64,000 bases of DNA. Source: Desulfomicrobium sp. GTDB lineage: Bacteria > Desulfobacterota > Desulfovibrionia > Desulfovibrionales > Desulfomicrobiaceae. Below the pieces are notes generated by a model. It made no database searches. It was given only the letters and a program-made list of their open reading frames with translations, and was not told where the DNA came from. The position numbers and the translations under genes are program-made. Shown one piece after another: positions 44,679 to 54,220 of this stretch (positions within the stretch are counted from its first letter, which is position 1; every line of letters starts with the position of its first letter). The stretch lies in NCBI GenBank assembly GCA_040768745.1, contig JAXGMI010000002.1, forward strand, positions 768,001 to 832,000. Reading direction: 5' to 3'.

Positions 44679-46148
44679 CTAGTGGCCGGGGTATCCCGGA
44701 TGCTCACGCTCGATGATGTCGATCCAGGTCCGGGTCAGCTCCTCGTCCCATTGGCTGCCGGCTCCGCGATCGAGGGTGTAGAGGACCTTTTCCAGGGGCA
44801 GGGCCTGCCGGTAGGCCCGGTTCGAGCTCATGGCCTCGTAGCTGTCGGCCAGGCAAATGATCCGCGCCAGGGGGGGTATTTCGTCTCCGCTCAAGCCCTC
44901 GGGATAACCGGAACCGTCCACGCATTCATGATGGGAGTAGATGATGGGTGTGATGTCGCACAGGGCCCCGACCTGCCCGAGGATGTCGCGGCCCATGATG
45001 CTGTGCCGCTTCATGATGGCGTACTCCTCGCTGCTCAACATCCCGGGCTTGTTCAGGATATGGTCTGGAATCCCGATCTTGCCGATGTCGTGCAGCATCC
45101 CGGCGATATGCAGGCGCTCCAGCTCCTTGCCCCCGATGCCCACGGCCCGTCCCAGACGACAGGCGTACTCGGCCACCCGTTCGGAATGGCCCCGCGTGTA
45201 GAAATCCTTGACCTCCACCGCCTGGGCAAAGGATCGGATCACATCCTGGTTCAGGATTTGCAAACGTGAATACAGATGGGCATTGCGCAGGGCCGAGGCG
45301 GTATGGGAGGCAAAAACAACCAGAAGCTGCAGGTCCTGCTCTTTGTACAGACTCTCCTGCTCGTTGCGAACCAGGGCGACCACGCCGATGCGCTTCTGGG
45401 ACAGATCCAGGGGCACGGCCATGACCGAGTACGGGAACCCATGGGGAAAAAAGGCCGAACTGAAGGAGGATTGCTGCAGGGTGAATTGATCGAGCAGATA
45501 GGACCGGCCGTGTTCCATGATCCGCTCACACAGCCGGGTCACGAAAAGGCGCATGCCTTCGTTGGAATCCAGCAGATCTCCCTGGGTCAGAATCGGCCCC
45601 TGATCCAGGAGATCGGGCAGCAGGAGGCAGACCGCGGCAGGGCTGAAACTTTCACGCAGGTGGGCCAGGAACTCGTCCACCACTGCCACGTGATTGAGCT
45701 GGGCCCCGAGACTTTTGCTCAGGTTGAGCATGCGGACCACAGCCGAGAGCTTTTCCTGTTCCCTGCGGGCTTTGCGCTGGGCCAAGATGGAACGCACGCG
45801 GTGCAGCATGTGCTTGAGGTCAAAGGGCTTGGCAATGTAGTCCGCGGCCCCGCTTTTCATGAAGTCCACGGCCGTTTCGGTGGTGCCGTATCCGGTCATG
45901 ACCAGGAAATCCACGTCCAGATTGCGCTGCCGGACCTTGTCCAGCAGTTCCTGCCCGTTCATATCAGGCATGCGCAGATCGCTGATGATCAGATCGAAAG
46001 CCTGGCCACGCCCGGAGATTCTGTCCAGGGCATCCTGGCCGTTGGAGGCGATTTCCACGGCATAGCCCTCTTCGGACAGGGCTTCCTGGCAGATTTCCCT
46101 GAGAACGGGCTCGTCATCAACAATCAAGACCTGAAACTCTGCCGCCAT
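44679..46148 (-). CDS. REC-GAF-HD-GYP c-di-GMP phosphodiesterase
   Basis: DLRMP receiver, GAF, HSERV, LHDIGK, HHECVDGSGYP. Confidence 0.92.
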   Translation of the reverse strand: MAAEFQVLIVDDEPVLREICQEALSEEGYAVEIASNGQDALDRISGRGQAFDLIISDLRMPDMNGQELLDKVRQRNLDVDFLVMTGYGTTETAVDFMKSGAADYIAKPFDLKHMLHRVRSILAQRKARREQEKLSAVVRMLNLSKSLGAQLNHVAVVDEFLAHLRESFSPAAVCLLLPDLLDQGPILTQGDLLDSNEGMRLFVTRLCERIMEHGRSYLLDQFTLQQSSFSSAFFPHGFPYSVMAVPLDLSQKRIGVVALVRNEQESLYKEQDLQLLVVFASHTASALRNAHLYSRLQILNQDVIRSFAQAVEVKDFYTRGHSERVAEYACRLGRAVGIGGKELERLHIAGMLHDIGKIGIPDHILNKPGMLSSEEYAIMKRHSIMGRDILGQVGALCDITPIIYSHHECVDGSGYPEGLSGDEIPPLARIICLADSYEAMSSNRAYRQALPLEKVLYTLDRGAGSQWDEELTRTWIDIIEREHPGYPGH

Positions 46149-46327
46149 CCTCACTTCCTCTCGATTCGTGGCGTACCCGGGGCAGCCGTGGAAGGCCCGA
46201 CTGCCAAGGCCTGAATAGAATTTGCTCTCGCTACTAGTGAAAAAAGGTTTGTCTGACAATGATTATCAAGACCAGAAAATAAGTCTTGCCATGCACAGCC
46301 AACTTGGCTAGTGAGCATTTCCTCATT

Positions 46328-46404
46328 CGGGATGTGGCTCAGTCTGGTAGAGCGCTGCGTTCGGGACGCAGAGACCGCGCGTTCAAATCGCGCCATCCCG
46401 ACCA
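46328..46404 (+). tRNA. tRNA-Pro(CGG)
   Basis: Acceptor CGGGATG/CATCCCG+ACCA, D arm GCTC/GAGC, anticodon arm CTGCG-TTCGGGA-CGCAG, GTTCAAATC. Confidence 0.97.
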
Positions 46405-46411
46405 GATATTT

Positions 46412-46446
46412 CAAGGAGTTGGGTATAAAAACCTAGCTCCTTTTTT
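46412..46446 (+). terminator. intrinsic terminator after tRNA-Pro
   Basis: GGAGTTGGGT...ACCTAGCTCC hairpin followed by T-run. Confidence 0.8.
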
Positions 46447-46457
46447 CTTGCCCTAAA

Positions 46458-46556
46458 TCTTTATCACATTCTTTATCACATCCGCGAAATCTAGCCTCAA
46501 CCTGCTCTACTCCTTTGTCACACCGTCATCACATTTTATCACAGATTTGATCACAA
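46458..46556 (+). repeat. six short direct repeats (consensus TTTATCACA), integrase arm-site-like
   Basis: TCTTTATCACAT twice in tandem (46458-46481), then TTTGTCACA, GTCATCACA, TTTATCACA, TTGATCACA (46514-46555). Confidence 0.7.
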
Positions 46557-46590
46557 AGGTTGGTTGCACAGCGTCGGTTCCCTAGCAAAT

Positions 46591-46623
46591 AAAAAGCCCC
46601 GCCTCCACGATGGGAGGGGGGGC
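46591..46623 (-). terminator. minus-strand intrinsic terminator facing the tRNA
   Basis: AAAAA-GCCCCGCCTCC...GGAGGGGGGGC. Confidence 0.6.
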
Positions 46624-46652
46624 AAGTGCGACTGGTTAAAGTTTGCTTATAA

Positions 46653-47433
46653 CCCAAGTTTGACAGCAATATCGAGCTTATTTGTTTAAAATTAGGATAT
46701 TATCGCTTCGGCGCTAGTTGGAGTTTACACTACATCTCCTTTTTCTCCACGGGTCGGGATCGGCGGGACTCCCAGAGCACGCAGGATCTTTTTCTGCGCG
46801 TCCGTGGGGCGACTAGGAGTCATCAGCGTCTCCTCTCCGACCATGATCTCCCCCATCTTGATCTGACGCAGAAGGCGGATGGCTGTCGGCACAGACACTG
46901 CCATTCCTTTGAGCTTGTTGCGCATCCAGCGCTCTAACTGCAATGCGATCACGCAGACAAACACATGTGCCCTGATTCGCTCCTCAGTCCAGTGATACAC
47001 AGGGCGTAGTTCCAAGGTGCTTTTGAGCGCTCTCCATCCCCGTTCAATTTCAGCAAGCTCTTTGTAATGTTTGATAATGTCTGCGCATGGTGCATCCATG
47101 TCGGTTGTTTCGAGAAGCAAGACGCCATCGATCTTTTCCTCCCAAGCCCTGCGCTTCCTGTGGGCCTTGACGATGACCTGATCCTGAGTGAGCGCAACTT
47201 GGAACAATGAGAGCAAGCCCTTGTCACGCAGGTAATCCCTGATGCGGTCGTATTGACCCTGTGGGCTTGGTTTGCGTCCCTTGCCTGACCTTGGGGCGAG
47301 TATTTCCCGGATCTTGGCATCGGCCTTGGCAAGGCGCTCCTGGCGGTTCGCCTTGGTTTCGGCTGCGATCTTCGGAGAATAGGCCATAACGAACCGGACC
47401 CCGCTGCGAACTTCCTCGACAATCTCCTCGTCC
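46653..47433 (-). mobile_element. partial inverted IS1634-family copy (right end, 781 bp)
   Basis: Reverse complement of 48530-49308; begins with terminal IR CCCAAGTTTGACAGC; encodes transposase C-terminus. Confidence 0.92.
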
Positions 47434-49308
47434 CCCAAGTTTGACAGCGGCCTGAGGCTAACATCTCGAAGTTATGACTTATATTGATTTTTGATATCCG
47501 ATTTGTAGTACGTACAAAATAGACATAAACATTGCTATTCATGAATAATAATGCTACTCGTAGTTTATGTTTGTACGAATAGCCAAGCAGAAACGAGGCG
47601 ACAAAGTCTACCGCCATCTTCAGATCGCGGAATCTTTCCGTGATCCCGAGAAAGGCGGATCTCCGCGCACACGCATCCTGGCTCATCTCGGCACTATCGA
47701 GAGTTTGGGCGAAGACCAGGTCGAGAGACTCATCGCTGGCTTCCAGAAAGCTCTCGGTCGAGATCCGGTTCAGACTGGACCGCCGCTCCTCACGTTTGCA
47801 CGTGATTTCGGACATGTTCACGCGGTCAAACATCTCTGGGAAATCCTGGGACTCTCCAAAGCCCTGGCCCGTGCAGGAGTAAAGACCGGGGCCGGGATGG
47901 ATTATGCTGAACTGATCAAGTTGCTGATCGTCAATCGACTCTGCGATCCGTGCTCCAAACTGGCGCTACTGGATTGGCTCGATGGCGTCTGGCTTTCTGG
48001 ATTTGAGCAACACCGCCCGGCCTATCACCATCTCCTGCGCGCCATGGATAGATTGCTGGACGCGAAGGGAAGCTTTGGAGCCCTTGATAGCCAAGCGCTT
48101 CATGCCCAAGGCGCATTGGGAAGGCGACCTGCTCTTCTATGACATCACTTCCACATGGTTCGACGGGGATCGATCGTTGGTGGAGGATGACATTCGGCGC
48201 TTCGGATACAGTCGCGATGGCCGGTTTGATCGGCGCCAAATCACCATCGGCGTGGTCATGGGCAAGGACGGCATACCGCTTTGCCACCATGTCTTTCCGG
48301 GGAACACCGTGGATAAGACCACTGTGGTTGAGGTGGTGAAGGATCTGAAGACTCGCTTCAAGCTACGCAGCGTGGTGTTTGTCGGGGACAGGGGAATGCT
48401 CTCGGACCAAAATCTCGAGACGTTGCTGGCCGAGGAATTCGGCTTCATCGTGGCGCATCCATTGCGTCGTGGAGAGGAGGCGCGGAGCGTGATCGAGGCG
48501 TTGCGTCTTAAGATCTCGTTTAATGGGCAGGACGAGGAGATTGTCGAGGAAGTTCGCAGCGGGGTCCGGTTCGTTATGGCCTATTCTCCGAAGATCGCAG
48601 CCGAAACCAAGGCGAACCGCCAGGAGCGCCTTGCCAAGGCCGATGCCAAGATCCGGGAAATACTCGCCCCAAGGTCAGGCAAGGGACGCAAACCAAGCCC
48701 ACAGGGTCAATACGACCGCATCAGGGATTACCTGCGTGACAAGGGCTTGCTCTCATTGTTCCAAGTTGCGCTCACTCAGGATCAGGTCATCGTCAAGGCC
48801 CACAGGAAACGCAGGGCTTGGGAGGAAAAGATCGATGGCGTCTTGCTTCTCGAAACAACCGACATGGATGCACCATGCGCAGACATTATCAAACATTACA
48901 AAGAGCTTGCTGAAATTGAACGGGGATGGAGAGCGCTCAAAAGCACCTTGGAACTACGCCCTGTGTATCACTGGACTGAGGAGCGAATCAGGGCACATGT
49001 GTTTGTCTGCGTGATCGCATTGCAGTTAGAACGCTGGATGCGCAACAAGCTCAAAGGAATGGCAGTGTCTGTGCCGACAGCCATCCGCCTTCTGCGTCAG
49101 ATCAAGATGGGGGAGATCATGGTCGGAGAGGAGACGCTGATGACTCCTAGTCGCCCCACGGACGCGCAAAAAGATCCTGCGTGCTCTGGGAGTCCCGCCG
49201 ATCCCGACCCGTGGAGAAAAAGGAAATGTAGTGTAAACTCCAACTAGCGCCGAAGCGATAATATCCTAATTTTAAACAAATAAGCTCGATATTGCTGTCA
49301 AACTTGGG
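47434..49308 (+). mobile_element. IS1634-family insertion sequence (1875 bp)
   Basis: Perfect 15-bp terminal IRs CCCAAGTTTGACAGC / GCTGTCAAACTTGGG; transposase motifs YDITSTWF, FGYSRDGR, VGDRGM, IERGWRALK, LRPVYHW. Confidence 0.92.
47567..49236 (+). pseudogene. IS1634 transposase, frameshifted as read
   Basis: Extra G at 48067-48069 splits LLDAK/EALEPLIAK; 2-bp loss near 49168 relative to the partial copy. Confidence 0.8.
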
Positions 49309-49311
49309 TGG

Positions 49312-49890
49312 TCCGAAATAAATCCTGCGCTGACAAAGGAAAAATGTCTTATCTCCATTGCCGCCGGATTGACTATAAGTGACCTACAAAAAAACACCCA
49401 TAGCGCCTGTCCCGTCATCCGGGTCATGCCCAATACCCCTGTATTCATCAAAGAGGAAGTAACTGCTGTCTGCTTTGACGACAAAACACTTTCCGAACAC
49501 AAAAAAAATCTATAAAAGATACTTTTCGATTCGTTGGGATGTTCACGTCTTGCATGTAAATCAGCTTGATGCATTTACGGCTGTGATAGGCTCAGGACCT
49601 GCATACATATTTTATTTGATCGGAACAATGATTGACGCAGCTGTAGAACTAGGATTAGAGCGAAATACATCCTCTGTTATGGTAAAAAAACTTTTCCGGG
49701 GTCAAGTATAATGGCAAGCCAATCCAAAGAGCACATTAGCATATTGAAAGAAATATCAACCGCACCTGTAGGGGCGACTGTTGCAGCGTTGGTTCATTTC
49801 GACCGGAAAGCGATTCGTGGCAATATCATGGATGCAATAAGAATGGCATTCGTTCGCAGCGTCAAAATCGGACAGAATCTGCACCCGTAG
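49312..49890 (+). pseudogene. proC: pyrroline-5-carboxylate reductase remnant, 5'-truncated and frameshifted
   Basis: ISIAAG and RVMPNTP in one frame, TAVIGSGPAY in another, STAPVGAT...DAIRMAFVRS near the end; begins at IS end. Confidence 0.85.
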
Positions 49891-49920
49891 GCGCTTAAAA
49901 CCACGCAGCACGAATGTACG

Positions 49921-50217
49921 ATGAACTCAATGTGCGATCATAGAATAAAGCAGGCCAACAAGGAGTCCCTGATCTCCCTGGCAGTCTATGCCGTGTATTT
50001 TTTATGGTGGTACTTGTCTGGGTACGGCATCGGCGACACGGATCCAGACACGTATTCCTACATATTCGGATTCCCGTCGTGGTTCTTTTACAGCTGCATT
50101 CTTGGCTACCCGCTTATTACCGTCATCCTCTGGCTGGTCGTCCGATTATTCTTCAAGGAAATACCGCTTGACGCAGATGTCCGGAACACGTCTTCAATGA
50201 AAGGCGAGGACAACTGA
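49921..50217 (+). CDS. yhdT: YhdT/DUF997 membrane protein
   Basis: RIKQANKE, FGFPSWFFYSC, FKEIPLD; directly upstream of panF. Confidence 0.88.
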   Translation: MNSMCDHRIKQANKESLISLAVYAVYFLWWYLSGYGIGDTDPDTYSYIFGFPSWFFYSCILGYPLITVILWLVVRLFFKEIPLDADVRNTSSMKGEDN

Positions 50218-51689
50218 TGGCCGCGTCGATCCAGACCATCATCCCCATGATTGTGTACCTGGCCTTATCCATAGGCATAGCGCTATGGGCTCGCCAACAG
50301 TCAGCAAAAACAACTTCGCAAGGTTTCATCGAGGAATACTTCATCGGCAGCCGGTCCATGGGCGGCTTCGTTCTCGCCATGACCATCATCGCCAGCTACA
50401 CCAGCGCCAGCAGCTTCATCGGCGGCCCCGGCGTGGCCTACCGGTTCGGCCTGAGCTGGGTATTGCTGGCCATGATCCAGGTGCCCACGGCCTTCCTCAC
50501 GCTGGGGGTGCTCGGCAAACGGTTCGCCATCATGGCGCGCCGGACGCAATCCGTGACCATCACGGACTACCTCCGCGCCCGATACGATAGCGACGCGGTG
50601 GTCATCCTGTGCTCCGTGGCCCTGATCGTCTTTTTCATGGCCGCCATGCTGGCGCAGTTCATCGGCGGGGCGCGCCTCTTCCAGACCGTCACGGGCTATC
50701 CCTATGCCGTCGGTCTTTCCCTGTTCGGCATCAGCGTGGTGCTGTACACGGCGGTCGGCGGTTTCCGCGCCGTGGTGCTCACGGACGCCATGCAGGGCAT
50801 CGTCATGGTCGTGGCCGTGGTCGTGGTCCTTCTGGCCGTCATCAACGCCGGCGGCGGCGTGGCGCAATGCGTCTCGACACTCAAAGGCATCGACCCAGGC
50901 CTGATCACGCCCACCGGGCCGGACAACGCTGTGCCGCAAGCCTTCACCCTGTCCTTCTGGGTCCTGGTGGGCATCGGCGTGCTGGGCCTGCCGCACACCA
51001 CCCAGCGCTGCATGGGCTACCGGGACTCCCGCGCCATGCACGACGCCATGGTCATCGGCACGCTGCTCATCGGATTCATGATTTTGTGCGCGCACCTCGC
51101 CGGGACGTTCGGCCGCGCCGTTTTCCCGGACCTGCCAGCCGGCGACCTGGCCATGCCGACGATGATCCTCAAACTGCTCTCCCCCGTGTGGGCGGGAGTG
51201 TTCATCGCCGGGCCCCTGGCGGCCATCATGTCCACGGTCGATTCCATGCTCCTGCTGGTCTCCGCCGCCATCATCAAGGACCTGTACATCCACTACCGGC
51301 TGAAGGGGGACGCGTCCCGGATGCCCGTGGCAACGCTGAAAAGGACGAGCACCTGGATCACGGCGGTGGTCGGCCTGTTGGTCTTCGTCGCCGCCCTCGA
51401 ACCGCCGGACCTCCTGGTCTGGATCAACCTCTTCGCTTTCGGCGGCCTCGAAGCCGTTTTCCTCTGCCCCATCGTGCTGGGCCTGTACTGCCAGTCCGGC
51501 AACGCCAGAGGGGCCGTTGCCTCCATCATCTGCGGCGTGACAGCCTTCATGGCCCTCTCCATCCTCAAACCCGCCATGGGCGGCGTCCACGCCATCGTCC
51601 CGACGACACTGATCAGCATCAGCGCATACATAATCGGATCATACCTCGGGCGTCATGCCCATGAACTTCGGAATTCTCCAAAATTCTAG
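50217..51689 (+). CDS. panF: sodium/pantothenate symporter (SSS family)
   Basis: EYFIGSRSMGG, SASSFIGGPG, GGFRAVVLTD, AAIMSTVDSML; yhdT-panF synteny. Confidence 0.88.
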   Translation: MAASIQTIIPMIVYLALSIGIALWARQQSAKTTSQGFIEEYFIGSRSMGGFVLAMTIIASYTSASSFIGGPGVAYRFGLSWVLLAMIQVPTAFLTLGVLGKRFAIMARRTQSVTITDYLRARYDSDAVVILCSVALIVFFMAAMLAQFIGGARLFQTVTGYPYAVGLSLFGISVVLYTAVGGFRAVVLTDAMQGIVMVVAVVVVLLAVINAGGGVAQCVSTLKGIDPGLITPTGPDNAVPQAFTLSFWVLVGIGVLGLPHTTQRCMGYRDSRAMHDAMVIGTLLIGFMILCAHLAGTFGRAVFPDLPAGDLAMPTMILKLLSPVWAGVFIAGPLAAIMSTVDSMLLLVSAAIIKDLYIHYRLKGDASRMPVATLKRTSTWITAVVGLLVFVAALEPPDLLVWINLFAFGGLEAVFLCPIVLGLYCQSGNARGAVASIICGVTAFMALSILKPAMGGVHAIVPTTLISISAYIIGSYLGRHAHELRNSPKF

Positions 51690-51754
51690 TTTTCAGCATG
51701 CTCATTCTGTTTGTGCTGGGGGGATTCTGGCCATCAGCTTGAACAGGAATCGAT

Positions 51755-52072
51755 TCACGAACTCGACAGCTTCATCAAGACCAGACCTGACACGATCAGC
51801 CCCGCAGCAAGGATCCTCATTGCATTGACCGGCTCAGCCAGCAAGATGATCCCGACGAGAAATGCCCCGACCGAGCCGATGCCGGTCCAGACGGTGTACG
51901 CGGTGCCGAGCGGTATGGTCCGCATGGCAAAGGCCAACAGCCAAAAGCTGCCCGCCATTGTAATCAGCGTGATCAGTGATGGGATCGGGCGGCTGAAGCC
52001 GTGGGACAGCCTCATCGAATACGCCCAGACAACTTCGAGAACACCGGCAAAGAAGAGTATAATCCAGGCCAT
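51755..52072 (-). CDS. sugE: SMR-family guanidinium exporter (SugE/Gdx)
   Basis: 105 aa MAWIILFFAGVLEVVWA...GTAYTVWTGIG; guanidine-II riboswitch upstream. Confidence 0.92.
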   Translation of the reverse strand: MAWIILFFAGVLEVVWAYSMRLSHGFSRPIPSLITLITMAGSFWLLAFAMRTIPLGTAYTVWTGIGSVGAFLVGIILLAEPVNAMRILAAGLIVSGLVLMKLSSS

Positions 52073-52094
52073 CGGCCATCCTTTTTTCACAGGG

Positions 52095-52145
52095 CCAGGC
52101 CGTCCTGGACATTCTTCCCGAGGCGGGGGGGAGGTCGTCCTCCTC
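52095..52145 (-). ncRNA. guanidine-II (mini-ykkC) riboswitch
   Basis: Two hairpins with ACGR loops: GGAGG-ACGA-CCTCC (52143-52130) and CCAGG-ACGG-CCTGG (52108-52095), about 22 nt upstream of the sugE ATG. Confidence 0.9.
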
Positions 52146-52291
52146 AAACGGTTTCCATACCTGAAAAGCCCCGGTCAGACAAGCAGGCAGTGTTCGAAGA
52201 ACCATGGCTTCCCGTTTGCAAACTGTCACCCAGGCACATCCTGTTCACTTTCTCAGGGCAGCCCATGCGCAGCAGAAAAGTGCAACACTTC

Positions 52292-54040
52292 CTAGCCCCT
52301 GCGCGCGATCTGCGACCCGTCGAAGAGGCCCTGGAAAAAGGCCATCGCGTTCACGCCCAGGGACCTGATGCGATATCCGCCCTCCTGCACGACCAGGGTG
52401 TGCCGGCCCAGGGCACCGATGAGCTTCCCGTTGCGGTGGAAGTCACGGGCCCGCAGGTCCCAGGTGCCTGTCGGGTCCCCTTTGGCCGGGTCCAGACCGA
52501 GCCCGACGACCAGAAAGGCCGGATCGAAGTCCGTGACCAAGCCCAGGGCGCGGCGCAGCACCTCGGCGTACCTCTCGCCGTCCATGTTCTCGGGCAGGGC
52601 GAAATTCCGGTTGAATCCGCATCCCGGCCCCTCGCCGATTTCTTCGGCGAATCCGCTGAAGTAGGGATAGGCGAAGCTGGGGTGCCCATGGATGGAGACC
52701 GTCAGCACGTCGGATCGTTCGTAGAAGATGTTCTGGGTGCCGTTGCCGTGGTGGTAGTCCACGTCCAGGACAGCTACCCGCCCGTGGGCGCTCAGCCGGT
52801 GGGCGACCACTGCGGCCGTGTTGAAGTAGCAGAAGCCCCCGAAGGCCCGCCGCTCGGCATGGTGTCCGGGCGGTCGGACCAGGGCGTAGGCTAGGCGGCG
52901 ACCGGCCAGGATTTCCTCCGCGGCGGTCAGTCCGCAGTCCACTGCCCCTCGCGCCGCGGCGTAGGCGTTGCCGTTCAAAGGCGTGAAGGTGTCGATGCAG
53001 TAGTAGCCTGCTCGTACGGCCAGATCCTTGGGCGGGCGCGCCGCGTTGCGGATGGGGAAGACATAAGGATAGACGGATTTCTTTTCGGGCAGCCCCGCGC
53101 AAACTGTCCTGAGATAGGACACGAAGCGGCTGTCATGGACCTGCGTGATGTGGCGCTCCGAAAAGTGACGGGCCTCCCCGCGCTGAAACAGGCCGGACTT
53201 CTCGACCTCCCGCAGGATGGAACTCATGCGCACCGGCGATTCGACGTAGCCGCGCTCCCGGATGTGATGGATGGAGTGTCCCTCGTTGCAGACCAGTCCG
53301 ATGCGGCGGTCGGCGCTGATGGCGGAGGGGCGGACGGGAAAGGCATCCCTCACGTAGCGGAAGTCCCGCAGGATCAGGGGTCCGGCAGGGATGGAGTCGA
53401 GGACCATCTGCACGTACCGCGGGGAGCACTTACCCCGGTACTTGCGTTCCAGCACAGCGCGGATGACGTGCCGGGCCCGGTCCCGCGTCAGCCGGAAGTG
53501 CCTGTCCAGGGGATCGGCCACCAGGTAGGGGGCGCAATCGTCTTCGGGGGAAAGGGGCGTCTCGTAGGCCGTGTTGACGACCGGACGCGCCCCGTAACGC
53601 TCGTAAAAGCGCAATCTAGCGACGTTCTCGCGCAGGAGTTCCGGGTCCCGGCACAGGGCCGGGTCGTCGGGCAGGCATTCGAAAAAGAGGGACGTATCGC
53701 CCAGGGCCCGGGCTTCCTCGCGCACCCGCTCGTAGAGGGCCGAACCCACGCCGCGCCCGCCGTGCAGCAGGCTGACCGAAAGGTAGTCCAGGTAGCAGAA
53801 GCGCAGGTCCGAGAAATGGCACAACAGGGCGAACCCCTGCACCACCCGGCGCTGCCCTTCGGCCACGAAGACGATGGTCCGGTACCCCTTGCCCAGGGGG
53901 TTCTTGAGGGTGGCGGGCAGGCTCTCCACCTCCTCGGCCGCAATCAGTGGAAAGCGCTCGGCCAGGATGGTCTGCACCTGCTCGACGCTCTGGGCGTCGA
54001 CCGGAACCGTGGTGTCGTAGATGGGGCGGATGCGGAACAT
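52292..54040 (-). CDS. GNAT acetyltransferase fused to HDAC/acetylpolyamine amidohydrolase domain
   Basis: HGGRGVGSALY (GNAT motif A); RPPGHHA, GGFCYFN, DVDYHHGNGTQ, GLD, QEGGY. Confidence 0.9.
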   Translation of the reverse strand: MFRIRPIYDTTVPVDAQSVEQVQTILAERFPLIAAEEVESLPATLKNPLGKGYRTIVFVAEGQRRVVQGFALLCHFSDLRFCYLDYLSVSLLHGGRGVGSALYERVREEARALGDTSLFFECLPDDPALCRDPELLRENVARLRFYERYGARPVVNTAYETPLSPEDDCAPYLVADPLDRHFRLTRDRARHVIRAVLERKYRGKCSPRYVQMVLDSIPAGPLILRDFRYVRDAFPVRPSAISADRRIGLVCNEGHSIHHIRERGYVESPVRMSSILREVEKSGLFQRGEARHFSERHITQVHDSRFVSYLRTVCAGLPEKKSVYPYVFPIRNAARPPKDLAVRAGYYCIDTFTPLNGNAYAAARGAVDCGLTAAEEILAGRRLAYALVRPPGHHAERRAFGGFCYFNTAAVVAHRLSAHGRVAVLDVDYHHGNGTQNIFYERSDVLTVSIHGHPSFAYPYFSGFAEEIGEGPGCGFNRNFALPENMDGERYAEVLRRALGLVTDFDPAFLVVGLGLDPAKGDPTGTWDLRARDFHRNGKLIGALGRHTLVVQEGGYRIRSLGVNAMAFFQGLFDGSQIARRG

Positions 54041-54220
54041 GAGGTCACCTCCGGGTTGAGCCTGCGGGATTGCCCCGAGGAGCCGGACAAGAAGGGTACG
54101 TCGGGGTCGAGTGTCAAAACAAGACCGGGTCTCCCTCTGCCGGAACAGTCTCCTCTGACGGCCATGCCCCTGCCAGCGTCGTTCGGCGCCTCCGACAGCG
54201 CACGGCTGGAGCCTTCCATC

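Noticed and set aside
46458..46556. CRISPR array or replication iterons
   Set aside because: Repeats are only 9-12 bp with no spacers, and there is no cas or rep gene in the window
48061..48075. Programmed frameshift in the IS1634 transposase
   Set aside because: It needs a +1 shift and has no X-XXY-YYZ slippery site; mutation or read error is simpler
47428..49314. TCGTCC / TGGTCC as target duplication of IS1634
   Set aside because: One mismatch, and the two flanks come from unrelated sequences (IS versus proC)
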